Source: Hellea sp. (GTDB lineage: Bacteria; Pseudomonadota; Alphaproteobacteria; Caulobacterales; Maricaulaceae). From it: a DNA stretch of 64,000 nucleotides. Every line of letters starts with the position of its first letter. The stretch's first letter is position 1. Positions 1-10,100 of this stretch are shown in pieces. Below the pieces are notes generated by a model, which worked only from the letters and a program-made list of their open reading frames with translations, had not been told where the DNA came from and did not search any database. The stretch spans positions 25,996 to 89,995 of the forward strand of contig JAHDEZ010000003.1 of NCBI GenBank assembly GCA_020628425.1, written 5' to 3'. A program made the position numbers and the translations under genes.

Positions 1-82
1 AAACCCCTCCTTTTTTTATGGCCTTATTGGGTTCGCTTAGGTTTTCTGTGAATTTACATTTATAGGGGAGAGCGGATGCCGT

Positions 83-1591
83 TTATGCTCGGCAATAACG
101 ATCTATAAATGCCTGATGTGTCGGCATTGTTTCGAGGCACTTTTTCCAGGTAAGGCGTAAGTCATCCATGCGCCGTTCAAGTTCCGCGTCTGGCATCATA
201 TAGGCATTAGGATGGATGCGTTTTGGGTAAATCCCTTGACCATGCATAACCGCGAACCAGCTGGTTTCACCGAATAATTCATTATCATGTCGATATAAGC
301 GAGCATTTTCCTGATAAATTTCAAACCGCTGTGACAGACTGTCTGGAATATCCATATATTTGCAATATTTCCAAAATTCGGTGTCCTCTCTCTCAGTTGC
401 CTTGTAGTGCAAAATCAAAAAATCTCTAACCTGTTCAAACTCAGCAGCGGTGCGTTGATTAAAATAGTCTATGTCCGACTGATTAAAAAGTTTGTCGGGA
501 AAATTTGTCATCAGTCGCGCTATGGCAGTTTGAATAAGATGGATTGATGTTGACTCCAATGGTTCCATAAAGCCAGCGGACAGGCCGATCGCTAGTACAT
601 TCTTATTCCAGGTTTTCCTACGAATACCCGTTGTAAATTTTAAGGCGCGAGGGCTACCTAAGGGGGCACTATCCAACCCGTCTAGTAAAGTTTCGGTAGC
701 TTTCTGGTCTGATGTGAAGTCTTTAGAGTAAACGTGCCCGTTTCCGGTTCGGTTTTGTAAAGGAATACGCCATTGCCAGCCAGCAGCTTTAGCTGTGGAT
801 TTCGTATAAGGAATAGGGTCGGCGATTTTTTCACTGGCAACTGTGACGGCACTGTTGCATGGCAAATAATTTGACCAATCATCATATCCCGATTTTAGGG
901 TTTGTTCGATCAAGAGACCATAAAAGCCTGTGCAATCAATGAAAAACTCACCATTGACCAAATCGCCATTTTCCATAACGAGTTGTTCTACAAATCCAGT
1001 TTCCGAATTTTGCTTTACTTCCGTTACCCGTCCCTCTCGTCGCTTGACGCCACGACTTTCTGCAAAGGAGCGCATGAAGCGAGCATAAAGGGTCGCGTCA
1101 AAATGAAAGGCATACTCGATTTTTGACAATGGAGAGTTTCGAATGGATTTGTCGGGTCTTTGGAAACGACCTTCTCTTGCAGCCATAATTTGCAGGTTGT
1201 AATCATCTATGTGGTATGGGTGGCCCATTTCCTTGTGCCGTAAATAGAAATGATGAAACCGCATGCCTTCCATGTGCAGTCCATATTCACCAAATGGGTG
1301 AATATAGGCCTTTCCGATTTTATCCCAGTTCACGAATTCGATGCCGAGCTTAAACGTTGCATTGGTTTTTCGAACGAAATCGTCTTCATTGAGCCCAAGT
1401 AAATCATTAAAATACCGGATGTGCGGTATAGTGGCTTCGCCGACTCCTACAGTTCCAATAGCTTCCGACTCGATGAGTTCGATTTGTATATCCGGGTGAA
1501 CTAGGACCCGAGCGCAGGCTGCTGCCGTCATCCATCCGGCAGTTCCGCCGCCGACAATCACGATTTTTTTAATGTTATGTTCTGAGAGCAT
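83..1591 (-). CDS. Flavin-dependent halogenase-like protein (tryptophan halogenase family), paralogue A
   Basis: 502-aa ORF. It has the Rossmann motif VGGGTAGW, the conserved Lys context ATFKLGIEF, the WxWxIP motif GWQWRIPL and GFMEPLESTSI, all typical of the flavin-dependent Trp-halogenase family. Only 4 nt separate it from the upstream paralogue. Confidence 0.85.
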   Translation of the reverse strand: MLSEHNIKKIVIVGGGTAGWMTAAACARVLVHPDIQIELIESEAIGTVGVGEATIPHIRYFNDLLGLNEDDFVRKTNATFKLGIEFVNWDKIGKAYIHPFGEYGLHMEGMRFHHFYLRHKEMGHPYHIDDYNLQIMAAREGRFQRPDKSIRNSPLSKIEYAFHFDATLYARFMRSFAESRGVKRREGRVTEVKQNSETGFVEQLVMENGDLVNGEFFIDCTGFYGLLIEQTLKSGYDDWSNYLPCNSAVTVASEKIADPIPYTKSTAKAAGWQWRIPLQNRTGNGHVYSKDFTSDQKATETLLDGLDSAPLGSPRALKFTTGIRRKTWNKNVLAIGLSAGFMEPLESTSIHLIQTAIARLMTNFPDKLFNQSDIDYFNQRTAAEFEQVRDFLILHYKATEREDTEFWKYCKYMDIPDSLSQRFEIYQENARLYRHDNELFGETSWFAVMHGQGIYPKRIHPNAYMMPDAELERRMDDLRLTWKKCLETMPTHQAFIDRYCRA

Positions 1592-1595
1592 TTGT

Positions 1596-3110
1596 TTAGT
1601 TTGCCTTGCAGTATTTATTAATGAAGTCAGCGTGAGTTGGCATTTGCGGCACGGCTTTACTCATAGCGTTACGCATAGATGTCAAACTCCGGTCGACCGA
1701 GCTGATGGGTAAGTTCGATACGATTGGGTCGACAGATTTAGGATGAATGTTTTGACCAAAAAGGACGGCCGTCCAACTATTTTTGGAGAACAACTCGTCT
1801 TCATATCTGAAAATCCGTCCAGCTGCCTTAAATAGTTCGAGCTTATGTTTCAGGCTATCTGGTATTTCCATGTTCTTGCAATATGTCCAAAACGGCGTAT
1901 CGTCGCGTTCAGTTGCACAGTAATGAAGAATGATGAAATCGCGGACCTGCGCAAAGAGTAGCTGCATCTGTCTATTATATTCGTCACGAATGACCGGAGA
2001 ATTAGACCCGTCCGGAAATAATGATATAAATTTGCTGATACCCATTTGAATGAGATAGATCGACGTTGATTCAAGCGGTTCCAAAAAGCCAGCAGAAAGC
2101 CCAATGGATATGCAATTTTTTTCCCAGAATGATTGTTGGCAACCGGTTTTGAAGCGCAACTGTTTGGGCGTTCCCAAGGCCGGCCCATCAAGATCCTCTA
2201 GGAGAGAATCATGGGCGTCGCTATCTGAAAGAAACTCACTGGAATAGATATGGCCATTGCCCGTTCGTTTTTGGGTTGGAATTCTCCACTGCCAGCCGGC
2301 TGATTTTGCTGTTGCAATTGTGTAGGGTCGCGAGGGCCCTTGCGCTTCACAAGCTACGGCCTGAGCCGAGTCGCAAGGGAGCCAGTGGGTCCAGTCTGTA
2401 AATCCTACGCCCAGTGTTTTTGACAATAAAAGAGAACGAAAGCCTGTACAGTCAAAGAAAAACTCTCCCGAAATTGCTTTACCGTTTTCAAGTATCAGGT
2501 CGGTGATATTTCCAGTTTCTGTGGCCTGATGTACCGTTTCGACGCGACCCTCAACGCGCTTGACTCCCCGCTTTTCAGAATAGTTCCTGAGATATTGCGC
2601 ATATAGTGTTGCGTCGAAATGATAGGCATAGCTTATCTGGGACATGACAGAGCGCGGATCCTGTACCGGTAATGTGAACTTATTCTGATAAGCACTTCGT
2701 GCGCACAGACTGTAATCGTGATATCGGTGTTCTTGCCCGGATTGTTTAAGGCGTAGCCAGTATTGATGGAAGTCTATGCCTTGCATGTCGGCCCCATGGC
2801 CGCCAAAAGGATGGAAGTAACTGTCACCCAGTTTTCCCCAATTGTTAAACTCAATGCCAAGTTTGAAAGTTGCATTGGTGGCTCTCATAAACTCATCTTC
2901 CGGGATACCCAGAATGCGATTGAAGTTAATGATATCCGGAATCGTCGCTTCGCCAACGCCTACGGTTCCGATCTGCTCTGATTCTACCAAGGTGATTTCC
3001 ACATCATCCGGGTGAAGGAGAGATGACAATGCGGCTGCTGTCATCCATCCCGCGGACCCGCCGCCTAAGATCACAATAGACCGAATGTTGTTTGCTTGGT
3101 TAGGCCCCAT
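1596..3110 (-). CDS. Flavin-dependent halogenase-like protein (tryptophan halogenase family), paralogue B
   Basis: Motifs LGGGSAGW, ATFKLGIEF, GWQWRIPT and GFLEPLESTSI. The ORF track starts at a GTG at 3155. I prefer the ATG at 3110 (MGPNQANNIRSIVILGGG), which gives an N-terminus of paralogue-like length and only an 11-nt overlap with the upstream gene. Confidence 0.8.
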   Translation of the reverse strand: MGPNQANNIRSIVILGGGSAGWMTAAALSSLLHPDDVEITLVESEQIGTVGVGEATIPDIINFNRILGIPEDEFMRATNATFKLGIEFNNWGKLGDSYFHPFGGHGADMQGIDFHQYWLRLKQSGQEHRYHDYSLCARSAYQNKFTLPVQDPRSVMSQISYAYHFDATLYAQYLRNYSEKRGVKRVEGRVETVHQATETGNITDLILENGKAISGEFFFDCTGFRSLLLSKTLGVGFTDWTHWLPCDSAQAVACEAQGPSRPYTIATAKSAGWQWRIPTQKRTGNGHIYSSEFLSDSDAHDSLLEDLDGPALGTPKQLRFKTGCQQSFWEKNCISIGLSAGFLEPLESTSIYLIQMGISKFISLFPDGSNSPVIRDEYNRQMQLLFAQVRDFIILHYCATERDDTPFWTYCKNMEIPDSLKHKLELFKAAGRIFRYEDELFSKNSWTAVLFGQNIHPKSVDPIVSNLPISSVDRSLTSMRNAMSKAVPQMPTHADFINKYCKAN

Positions 3111-4518
3111 GTTTGTTATCCAGATAAGCTTTGAACTTACTGATATATCTATCACCGGGAGGCATTTTTTGCACCATGGTTTCGATATTTGTTTTAAGTG
3201 TCAAAAGCATCTTCTTTATATCATCGTCTGAAATTTGATTAAGGAACACGTCCTGTCTTTGTGGGCGTCGTCCCAGACCGAAATGTTGAATGGCCCAATC
3301 TTCTATTGTGAAGGGCTCAAGATCATATTGTGTCAGATAACCCCGGCTTTCGAATTGCTTTATTTTACGAGCGAGTTTTTCCGGGCACGGTGATGTAAGA
3401 ACGGCTTCCCAGTAGGGACACTCTGGAATAGGCTCAATTTCGAAAAGGTTTCTAGTGAATAGGGCGCAATGATTGCGGTCATCTTCAAACAGTCGATTGT
3501 ATTCACGCGCCTCTACACTCATATCCGTTGTTACAGGGAATAAAGATAAGAGCCTTTCAATATCCCGCTGTAAAAGGATCATTGGAGCCGGGGTTAGGGG
3601 CTCCATTACACATGCGGAATGTCCAATAGCTACCGTGTTCCTATTCCAGGCCTTTTCCAAATGCCCGGTTTCTATATAAAAATCAGGGTCTTTTATATAT
3701 TGAGGTAAGCCAACGGACAAATGGATTTGTTCTTCTTGCAAGCGAACTGTAGATTGCCATCCCATAGCGGCGGCTTTTATGTGTTTAAGTGTAAAGCCCG
3801 GTGTAACCGGCACATGATTGGCCTTAACAGCTAATCGAATTTCAGCATCAAATTCAGCATCAAGAGATGATGAGAGTTGTCGCTGTGTACCAGAGCAATC
3901 GATAAAGAAATCAGCCTCTAAGATTTCTCCTTCGGAGGTTGTTATAGACTTAACTTGGTCTGACTTGGATTGAATAGATTGGACAGTTCCTTTTGAGCGC
4001 CTGAGCTTCGAAGCGGACTTTAGGAGGCTCGAAATCTCGTCCGGCATAAAAACATAACCATATTCTGCCCTAGAAAGTGGGTTGTCTTTTTCCTGCGGAG
4101 GATGGGCAAAGCGCCCGTTCAGCCCCGCAGAACTGCTAATTAAAAATGGGGCCAACGGTGCTCCAACACACGCCGCATAATGGTGAAAAAGCACATTGTT
4201 CCAAACAGGAAAAGGTTGTTGATAGCCCTGAACCCAATTTAGTCGCCCGGCCCAACCTTCAAAAGCTGTTCCATAGGCAAAATTTGTTTGAGTACCTCGA
4301 AGTAATGTTGGCTCATCAAGACCGATTTGGACCAAAAAATTATAGGCCGTCGGTGCTGTAACGTGGCCGTAGAAATCATCGGTATTCTTATCGCGGTCCA
4401 ACTCCATGGCTATAATCGTAATTTTTTCGGGGAGGGCGTTGCGCAAGGCTGCGAGTGTCAGCTCGAAAGCCAGTCCAGAACCACAGACCAATACAGATTT
4501 TACGTCGGTTCCTGTCAT
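3100..4518 (-). CDS. Degenerate halogenase-family paralogue (probable pseudo-enzyme)
   Basis: 472-aa ORF that is colinear with its three neighbours but has eroded motifs. GxGxxG reads CGSGLAF, the catalytic-Lys context reads TNFAYGTAFEGW (Lys replaced by Ala), and WxWxIP reads GWQSTVRL. Its start overlaps the stop of the upstream gene (ATGA at 4515-4518). Confidence 0.75.
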   Translation of the reverse strand: MTGTDVKSVLVCGSGLAFELTLAALRNALPEKITIIAMELDRDKNTDDFYGHVTAPTAYNFLVQIGLDEPTLLRGTQTNFAYGTAFEGWAGRLNWVQGYQQPFPVWNNVLFHHYAACVGAPLAPFLISSSAGLNGRFAHPPQEKDNPLSRAEYGYVFMPDEISSLLKSASKLRRSKGTVQSIQSKSDQVKSITTSEGEILEADFFIDCSGTQRQLSSSLDAEFDAEIRLAVKANHVPVTPGFTLKHIKAAAMGWQSTVRLQEEQIHLSVGLPQYIKDPDFYIETGHLEKAWNRNTVAIGHSACVMEPLTPAPMILLQRDIERLLSLFPVTTDMSVEAREYNRLFEDDRNHCALFTRNLFEIEPIPECPYWEAVLTSPCPEKLARKIKQFESRGYLTQYDLEPFTIEDWAIQHFGLGRRPQRQDVFLNQISDDDIKKMLLTLKTNIETMVQKMPPGDRYISKFKAYLDNKHGA

Positions 4519-6029
4519 CGCTGAGCGCTCGCTGGGATTGCGGCTCCAAACTCAGCAATAAAGCTCTGATGATTTTTCGTGTTTTCAGCGGCAGTCATTA
4601 CTTCCGCGCGCATATCTAAAAGGGTTTTGGCAAGCTCGGTTTCAGACATTTTATCCACGCGGCAGTCATATCTTGCTGGTAGGAGTCTTTGTCCCACCAT
4701 AACTGCTACCCAGCTCGGTGGGAGGAATGCGCCAAACTCATATTTGATGATATGACCACGCGTCTCCCAGGTATTAATTTTTTCGGTCAAGGATTCAGGT
4801 AGCTCCATGTTGCGGAAATATTTCCACATGGGACTGTCATCTCGTTCCGTCGCTACATAGTGCAATAACAGAAAATCTCTTACCCTTTCGAAATAGAGAT
4901 CCATTTTTGCATTATATTCATCAGCGTCAGTCTGTTGGAACGACTTATCCGGGAACAGCTCTAGTAATGCTGTAATGCCTTCTTGAATGAGGTATATGGA
5001 TGTTGACTCCAAGGGTTCTAAAAAGCCGGCGGACAATCCAATAGCAATCACATTTTTATTCCAAAGTTTTCGACGCTTTCCGGTTAGAAAGTAAAGTTGA
5101 TTGGGTTCTGCCAAAGCTTCACCGTCCAGATTTTGAATTAATTCATGCCTGGCTTCGTCATCAGAGATATATTCATTGCAATATACAATTCCATTACCGG
5201 TTCTATGTTGTAATGGAATGTGCCATTGCCATCCAGCTTTGCGGGCCGTAGCACGCGTAAATGGCATGAGTGGTCCGGATGAACGGGTTGGAATGGCGAT
5301 TGCCCGGTTGCAAGGTAACCATCCGCTCCAGTCATCATATCCAGATTTCAGCGCTTGTTCGATCAATATCCCCCGAAATCCGGAACAATCGATGAACAAT
5401 TCTGCTGAAATAACGTCGCCGGCTTCGGTTGTAAGTGAGCTGATATGGCCACTTTCAGGGGCGAATTCTACATTCGTAACTTTGCCTTCAATGCGCATTA
5501 CACCTTTACCTTCGGCGAAAGTTCTGAGGAATTTCGCATAAAGACTGCTGTCAAATTGATAAGCATAGCCAAATGTGGACTCTATTTTGGAATGGTCTTC
5601 GTCCGGCATGCGAAAACGCCCCATTTCTGACGCGATAATTGGATACGAATATGTGTCGAGACGGGTGTCGTCGCCTTGAAGTCTCTGGCGATTCCAGAAG
5701 TGATAAAAAGGGATACCGTTGATAGGTTTGCCGTAATCCCCAAACGGATGAATATATCTGTCGCCGATTTTGCCCCAATCACAAAACTCGATGCCCATTT
5801 TAAAAGTGGCTTTGGTGGCGCGCATGAACTCTGCTTCATCGAAACCCAATGAATTATTGAAATAACGGATGTGGGGCAGGGTAGCTTCTCCTACTCCAAC
5901 AGTCCCAATTTGTTCAGACTCAATGAGGACGATTTCCATATCGCTAGGGGTAAATTTTTGCGCGAGCGCTGCCGCCGTCATCCAGCCCGCCGTGCCACCT
6001 CCTAATATACAAATTTTCTTGAGTTTCAT
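4515..6029 (-). CDS. Flavin-dependent halogenase-like protein (tryptophan halogenase family), paralogue D
   Basis: 504-aa ORF with LGGGTAGW, ATFKMGIEF, GWQWHIPL and GFLEPLESTSI. It is the first gene of the four-gene tandem. Confidence 0.85.
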   Translation of the reverse strand: MKLKKICILGGGTAGWMTAAALAQKFTPSDMEIVLIESEQIGTVGVGEATLPHIRYFNNSLGFDEAEFMRATKATFKMGIEFCDWGKIGDRYIHPFGDYGKPINGIPFYHFWNRQRLQGDDTRLDTYSYPIIASEMGRFRMPDEDHSKIESTFGYAYQFDSSLYAKFLRTFAEGKGVMRIEGKVTNVEFAPESGHISSLTTEAGDVISAELFIDCSGFRGILIEQALKSGYDDWSGWLPCNRAIAIPTRSSGPLMPFTRATARKAGWQWHIPLQHRTGNGIVYCNEYISDDEARHELIQNLDGEALAEPNQLYFLTGKRRKLWNKNVIAIGLSAGFLEPLESTSIYLIQEGITALLELFPDKSFQQTDADEYNAKMDLYFERVRDFLLLHYVATERDDSPMWKYFRNMELPESLTEKINTWETRGHIIKYEFGAFLPPSWVAVMVGQRLLPARYDCRVDKMSETELAKTLLDMRAEVMTAAENTKNHQSFIAEFGAAIPASAQR

Positions 6030-6189
6030 GGGTATGTTTTGCGATGTCCTTGGTCAGTTTATCTCACGGGTGGATAGGCGGTTTCAAGGAAAAACAATAG
6101 AAATTGTTGGGACGAATTGCCTTGCCTTTCCGATTGATTTTTATGTGTTTTTTGTCTTATTCTATCAATAGAGTTTGGGAGGAAAGATT

Positions 6190-7074
6190 GTGAACAGACG
6201 CGAATTTGGATTGGGCGCAATGGCCGGTGCATCGATACTAGCTACAGGTTGTACAGGCGGAGAAACAACGTCGACGAAAACAATCTCCAAGGTCGGCATT
6301 CAGACCTACACACTTAGGTTTTTATTCGAGCAAAATCCGTTGGCCATGTTCGAAATGATTAAGGATGCAGGCTATGACTATGTTGAACTTAACGGCCGTA
6401 ATTTCGAGAAACTTGATATAGCTGAGCTTAAATCAATGATGGATGATACAGGCCTTGCTGCGCCGTCCTCTCACATATCTTTGGATGCTATCAGAGGTGA
6501 TCTTAGCCCATTAGTTGGTATCGCTAAAACATTTAGTATGAAATATTTGGTTGTACCCTATATTGCGGATGATGCCCGTTCTTATGATGATTGGAAATCC
6601 CATGCTGCTTTGATGAATGCGAAGGGAAAAGACCTAGCAAGTGAGGGTATTACTTTGGCCTATCATAATCATCAGTTTGAGTTTGAGGATTTAGGTGGTG
6701 GTACAAATGCCATGGATATTATCTTCGGAGATTGTGACCCTGCTAACCTGGCCATTCAGCTCGACCTTTTTTGGGCATTTTTGGCCGACGCAGACATTCC
6801 TCAACTGTTTAAGGACAATCCAGGTCGCTTCAAACTTTGCCATATCAAAGATATGGGGCCAAACAAACAGGACTTCGTTGACGCATCTTATGAAAAGCTA
6901 AATTCTGAGCTGATGCTGAATGTGGGGGAGGGTGTTATCCCATTTGAAGAGTTGTTCTCTTACAATGATTTGTCAGGCATGGAATACTTTATCGCCGAAC
7001 ATGACAACCCAAAGAAGCCTTATTCTAAAGCTATAAAGACGAGTTTGGACGCTATCAAAAACTTTAAATTTTAA
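6190..7074 (+). CDS. Exported sugar-phosphate isomerase/epimerase (xylose-isomerase-like TIM barrel) with a twin-arginine signal
   Basis: The family resemblance is to xylose-isomerase-like TIM barrels (HNHQFEFE, LDLFW, HIKD motifs). The N-terminus NRREFGLGAMAGASILATGC fits the Tat RRxF motif and is followed by a possible lipobox Cys. I place the start at GTG 6190, 7 nt after GGAGG (6178-6182). The ORF track starts at TTG 6175. Confidence 0.7.
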   Translation: MNRREFGLGAMAGASILATGCTGGETTSTKTISKVGIQTYTLRFLFEQNPLAMFEMIKDAGYDYVELNGRNFEKLDIAELKSMMDDTGLAAPSSHISLDAIRGDLSPLVGIAKTFSMKYLVVPYIADDARSYDDWKSHAALMNAKGKDLASEGITLAYHNHQFEFEDLGGGTNAMDIIFGDCDPANLAIQLDLFWAFLADADIPQLFKDNPGRFKLCHIKDMGPNKQDFVDASYEKLNSELMLNVGEGVIPFEELFSYNDLSGMEYFIAEHDNPKKPYSKAIKTSLDAIKNFKF

Positions 7075-7091
7075 CGTAAAAAACGCCTCAT

Positions 7092-7127
7092 AAAAAAAGC
7101 GGTCATTAGACCGCTTTTTACTTTTTT
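7092..7127. terminator. Bidirectional rho-independent terminator between convergent genes
   Basis: Stem agcggtc (7098-7104), loop atta, stem gaccgct (7109-7115). It is flanked by an A-run upstream and a T-run downstream. Confidence 0.7.
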
Positions 7128-7140
7128 AAGAGGTTGAGCG

Positions 7141-10100
7141 TTACTCTTCCCACCAGTACGGAATTCGTTTGGCGTCACCGGTATATTGTTCATCCATGGT
7201 TTTCGCATCATATAGACGGCCGCCTTGCATAACCATTTCGATCTCATCTGTATTATAGATGTCGTCCAGCGGATTAGCGTTCAGGATAACCAGGTCAGCA
7301 AGTTTACCTTTCTCAAGAGACCCGAGGTCGTTGAAAAACCCAAGGTGTTTGGCTGGGTCGACTGTTGCTGTTTGAAGTGCTTGAACCGGGCTCATTCCGC
7401 CTCGTGCAAAGGACCACATTTCCCAGTGTGCTGCCAAACCTTCGCGTTCACCGTGAGCGCCAATCGTTACCAGTACTCCGCTCTCCATGAGTTTCTTGGC
7501 GACGGCCGCAGCATCATCGTCAGCGTAATCCTCATCTGGAGCCATTTGACGACGAATGGTGTCAGCTTGAAGTTGACGAGGTGGTGCATGCTGTGACAGG
7601 ATTGGGTGTTCCCAGACATTGCTTTGTTGAAGATAGTAGTTCTTCCCGCGAATGCCACCGTAAGTCACTACCAGTGTCGGCACATAGGCTGTTTCTGTCT
7701 GGCTCATCAACTGAATGACGTCATCATAAATCTCTCCGACCGGGAGATTGTGCTCGATGGAGGAGTTTCCGTCCATCACTAAGGACATATCCATGTGGTA
7801 AAGAGAGCCGCCCTCAGGTACGACGAGAATATTTTGTTCCCGAGCGGCGTGAGTCACTTGTTGGCGCTGATCGCGGCGAGGTTGGTTGTAGTTCTTGACC
7901 CCGTGAGCACCTTGCATATGGAGGCGAGTTACGTGCTCCGATGCGTCGTCTTCATTATCGATAGAAGCAAAAAAGCCGGGAGCTTTAGCGCCGTAAATTA
8001 CTTCGCCTGTGGAATAGATGCGTGGAGATAACAGGAGACCTGCTCTTTGCATTTCGGCTGCGGGGAATATGGCACTCGCGCGAGAAGATGGATCAAACAC
8101 AGTCGTTACACCCAGGGCGAGATGCGCTACGGCTTTCCAGTTTTGTTCTGGCGTCATATCACCAACGCCTTGAGGTCCATGTGCATGAGCATCGATAAGG
8201 CCCGGGATAATTGTCCGACCTTCGAGGTCAACGACCTCCAAACCGGCAGGAATTGAGATATCTTCACCAATCGAACGAATGCGATCATTTTCAATTACAA
8301 TGGTTCCGTTTTCAATGACACCACCTTCATCGTCCGTCATCGTAATTATTCGGGCGTTTGTAAGAGCTATCCCCCCTTCAGGTTTGTTAGCCGTAACGGT
8401 TCGGGACAAGCTGGCGATAACTTTTTGTTCGTAATTTTCGTCACTAAAGGCTTCAGGTAAATATCCTTCAAACAAGTCCGGTCCTAATGTCCAATAGATA
8501 GAGCTGCCGTCGTTATTCCAACTTGGATAGGTAGATCCATCTGTTGACATTTTTTTGACCGGCATTGCGTTTGACTTTGGTCCAGCGGCAATATTTTGGG
8601 GACCTAGCAAGGCTGGCATGGCATACAGGTTGTAATTTTCCCGGAAAGCAAAAGTTTTACCGTCCGGTGAAATGTAAAAGTTTTGCGCTAGTTTGGATGA
8701 GGCATGAACGCGCTCGTCGTCACCCAGTAAATTTGTGCTTAACAGCGCTGCGTTTCCGTCTTTATTGCCTGTGAAATAGATACGGTTACTATCAGGGCCA
8801 AAATGCGCACCAAATCCCGACTTTCGAATGAGCTTTGAATCTGTATCGCCTATAGCCAGTATATGCATACCTGTCTCGTTTGACCATTCGTCGGAAGTCA
8901 GGAAACCTCCTGAGGACTTCTCAAATACAACATAGTCACCATCCGGTGTAATCGAAGGTCGCCGATAATGACCGGGCGAGCGGGTAAGGTCACGAATGCC
9001 TCCGCCATTAGCTCCAATTTTATGAATGGTTCCCAATCCCTCGTCACTCCAAGATACGAATACAAGTGAACGGCCGTCACGTGTCCAACTCGGATCAAGT
9101 TCTCGAATGTTTTCTGGAAGACGTGTTAGTCTTTTCGGGCTTCCACCTGCTATGTTTTGAACATAGAGTTTTCCAAGGCTTTCAAAAACTACCTTCTTAC
9201 CATCAGGTGACACCTGTGAATATCGGGGCATGCTGGTTGTGAATTCATTCGGAGCGACCTCTACGTTTGGTCGCGGTACACTGAGAACGTCCCGACTGTC
9301 TTTCACGCGAAATTCTATGATATCGACGTCTCCAGAACTTATATTGATACGATTGATTTTACCGCTGGCCCAAAAATACAGATGACGGGAATCGGGTGAC
9401 CAATCCATATTCGGATACATGCCTTGAACACCCCAAGTTTCCTGCATATCGCGATCGAGATTATCATAAATACGGGTTTCTTTTCCGCTTTCCAAGTCTT
9501 TCAGATACAGCATGGACTGCATGCGTTCCCGCTTTACAAAAGCCAGATACTTACCATCCGGGGACGGGGTTGGGCGGACGGCACCGCCAGCTCCACCTAC
9601 GGCGGTTATGATATCACCTGTTTCCATATCGTAGCGTTTGATCTGGAATAGCTCGGTGTTAGAGTCCTGGGCATAAATGAATGTGCTGCCCGGCGTTGTA
9701 TTCATAGTGTAATAAACAAACTTTCCGTCCGGAGAGAAAATAGGTTCGCCCAATTCTTTCTGGTGACTTTCCGATGGTTTTGCGACGAGCTTCACGCCCG
9801 AACCGCCATCTGGATGGTAGAGCCATATCTCTCCAGTTCCCAAAGAACGTGATGTCGTGAAGTGCTTTTTAGCAGCGATGAATCTTCCGTCTGGGCTCCA
9901 GGTTGCGTTGTTTGTGAGGCGAAATGACTCTTTGGTGACTTGCCGCATGTTTTCACCATCGAGGTCCATGACCCAGATATTGTCACCGCCGGCACGATCA
10001 GAAGTAAACGCAATTTGTTTTCCGTCCGGTGAAAAGCGAGGCTGCATATCCCAGGCCATATCCGATGTCAGATTAGTCGCGGCTCCGCCATTGGACGGCA

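Noticed and set aside
1-82. The left edge contains aaacccctccttttttt, which could be half of a terminator or the reverse complement of a Shine-Dalgarno sequence.
   Set aside because: This cannot be resolved without sequence left of the window. It is mentioned only as a hint that the halogenase operon continues.
6030-6189. A short inverted repeat, aacaat-agaa-attgtt, lies in the divergent spacer between the halogenase operon and the TIM-barrel gene.
   Set aside because: Its arms are only 6 bp in an AT-rich spacer, so it is indistinguishable from chance without comparative data.
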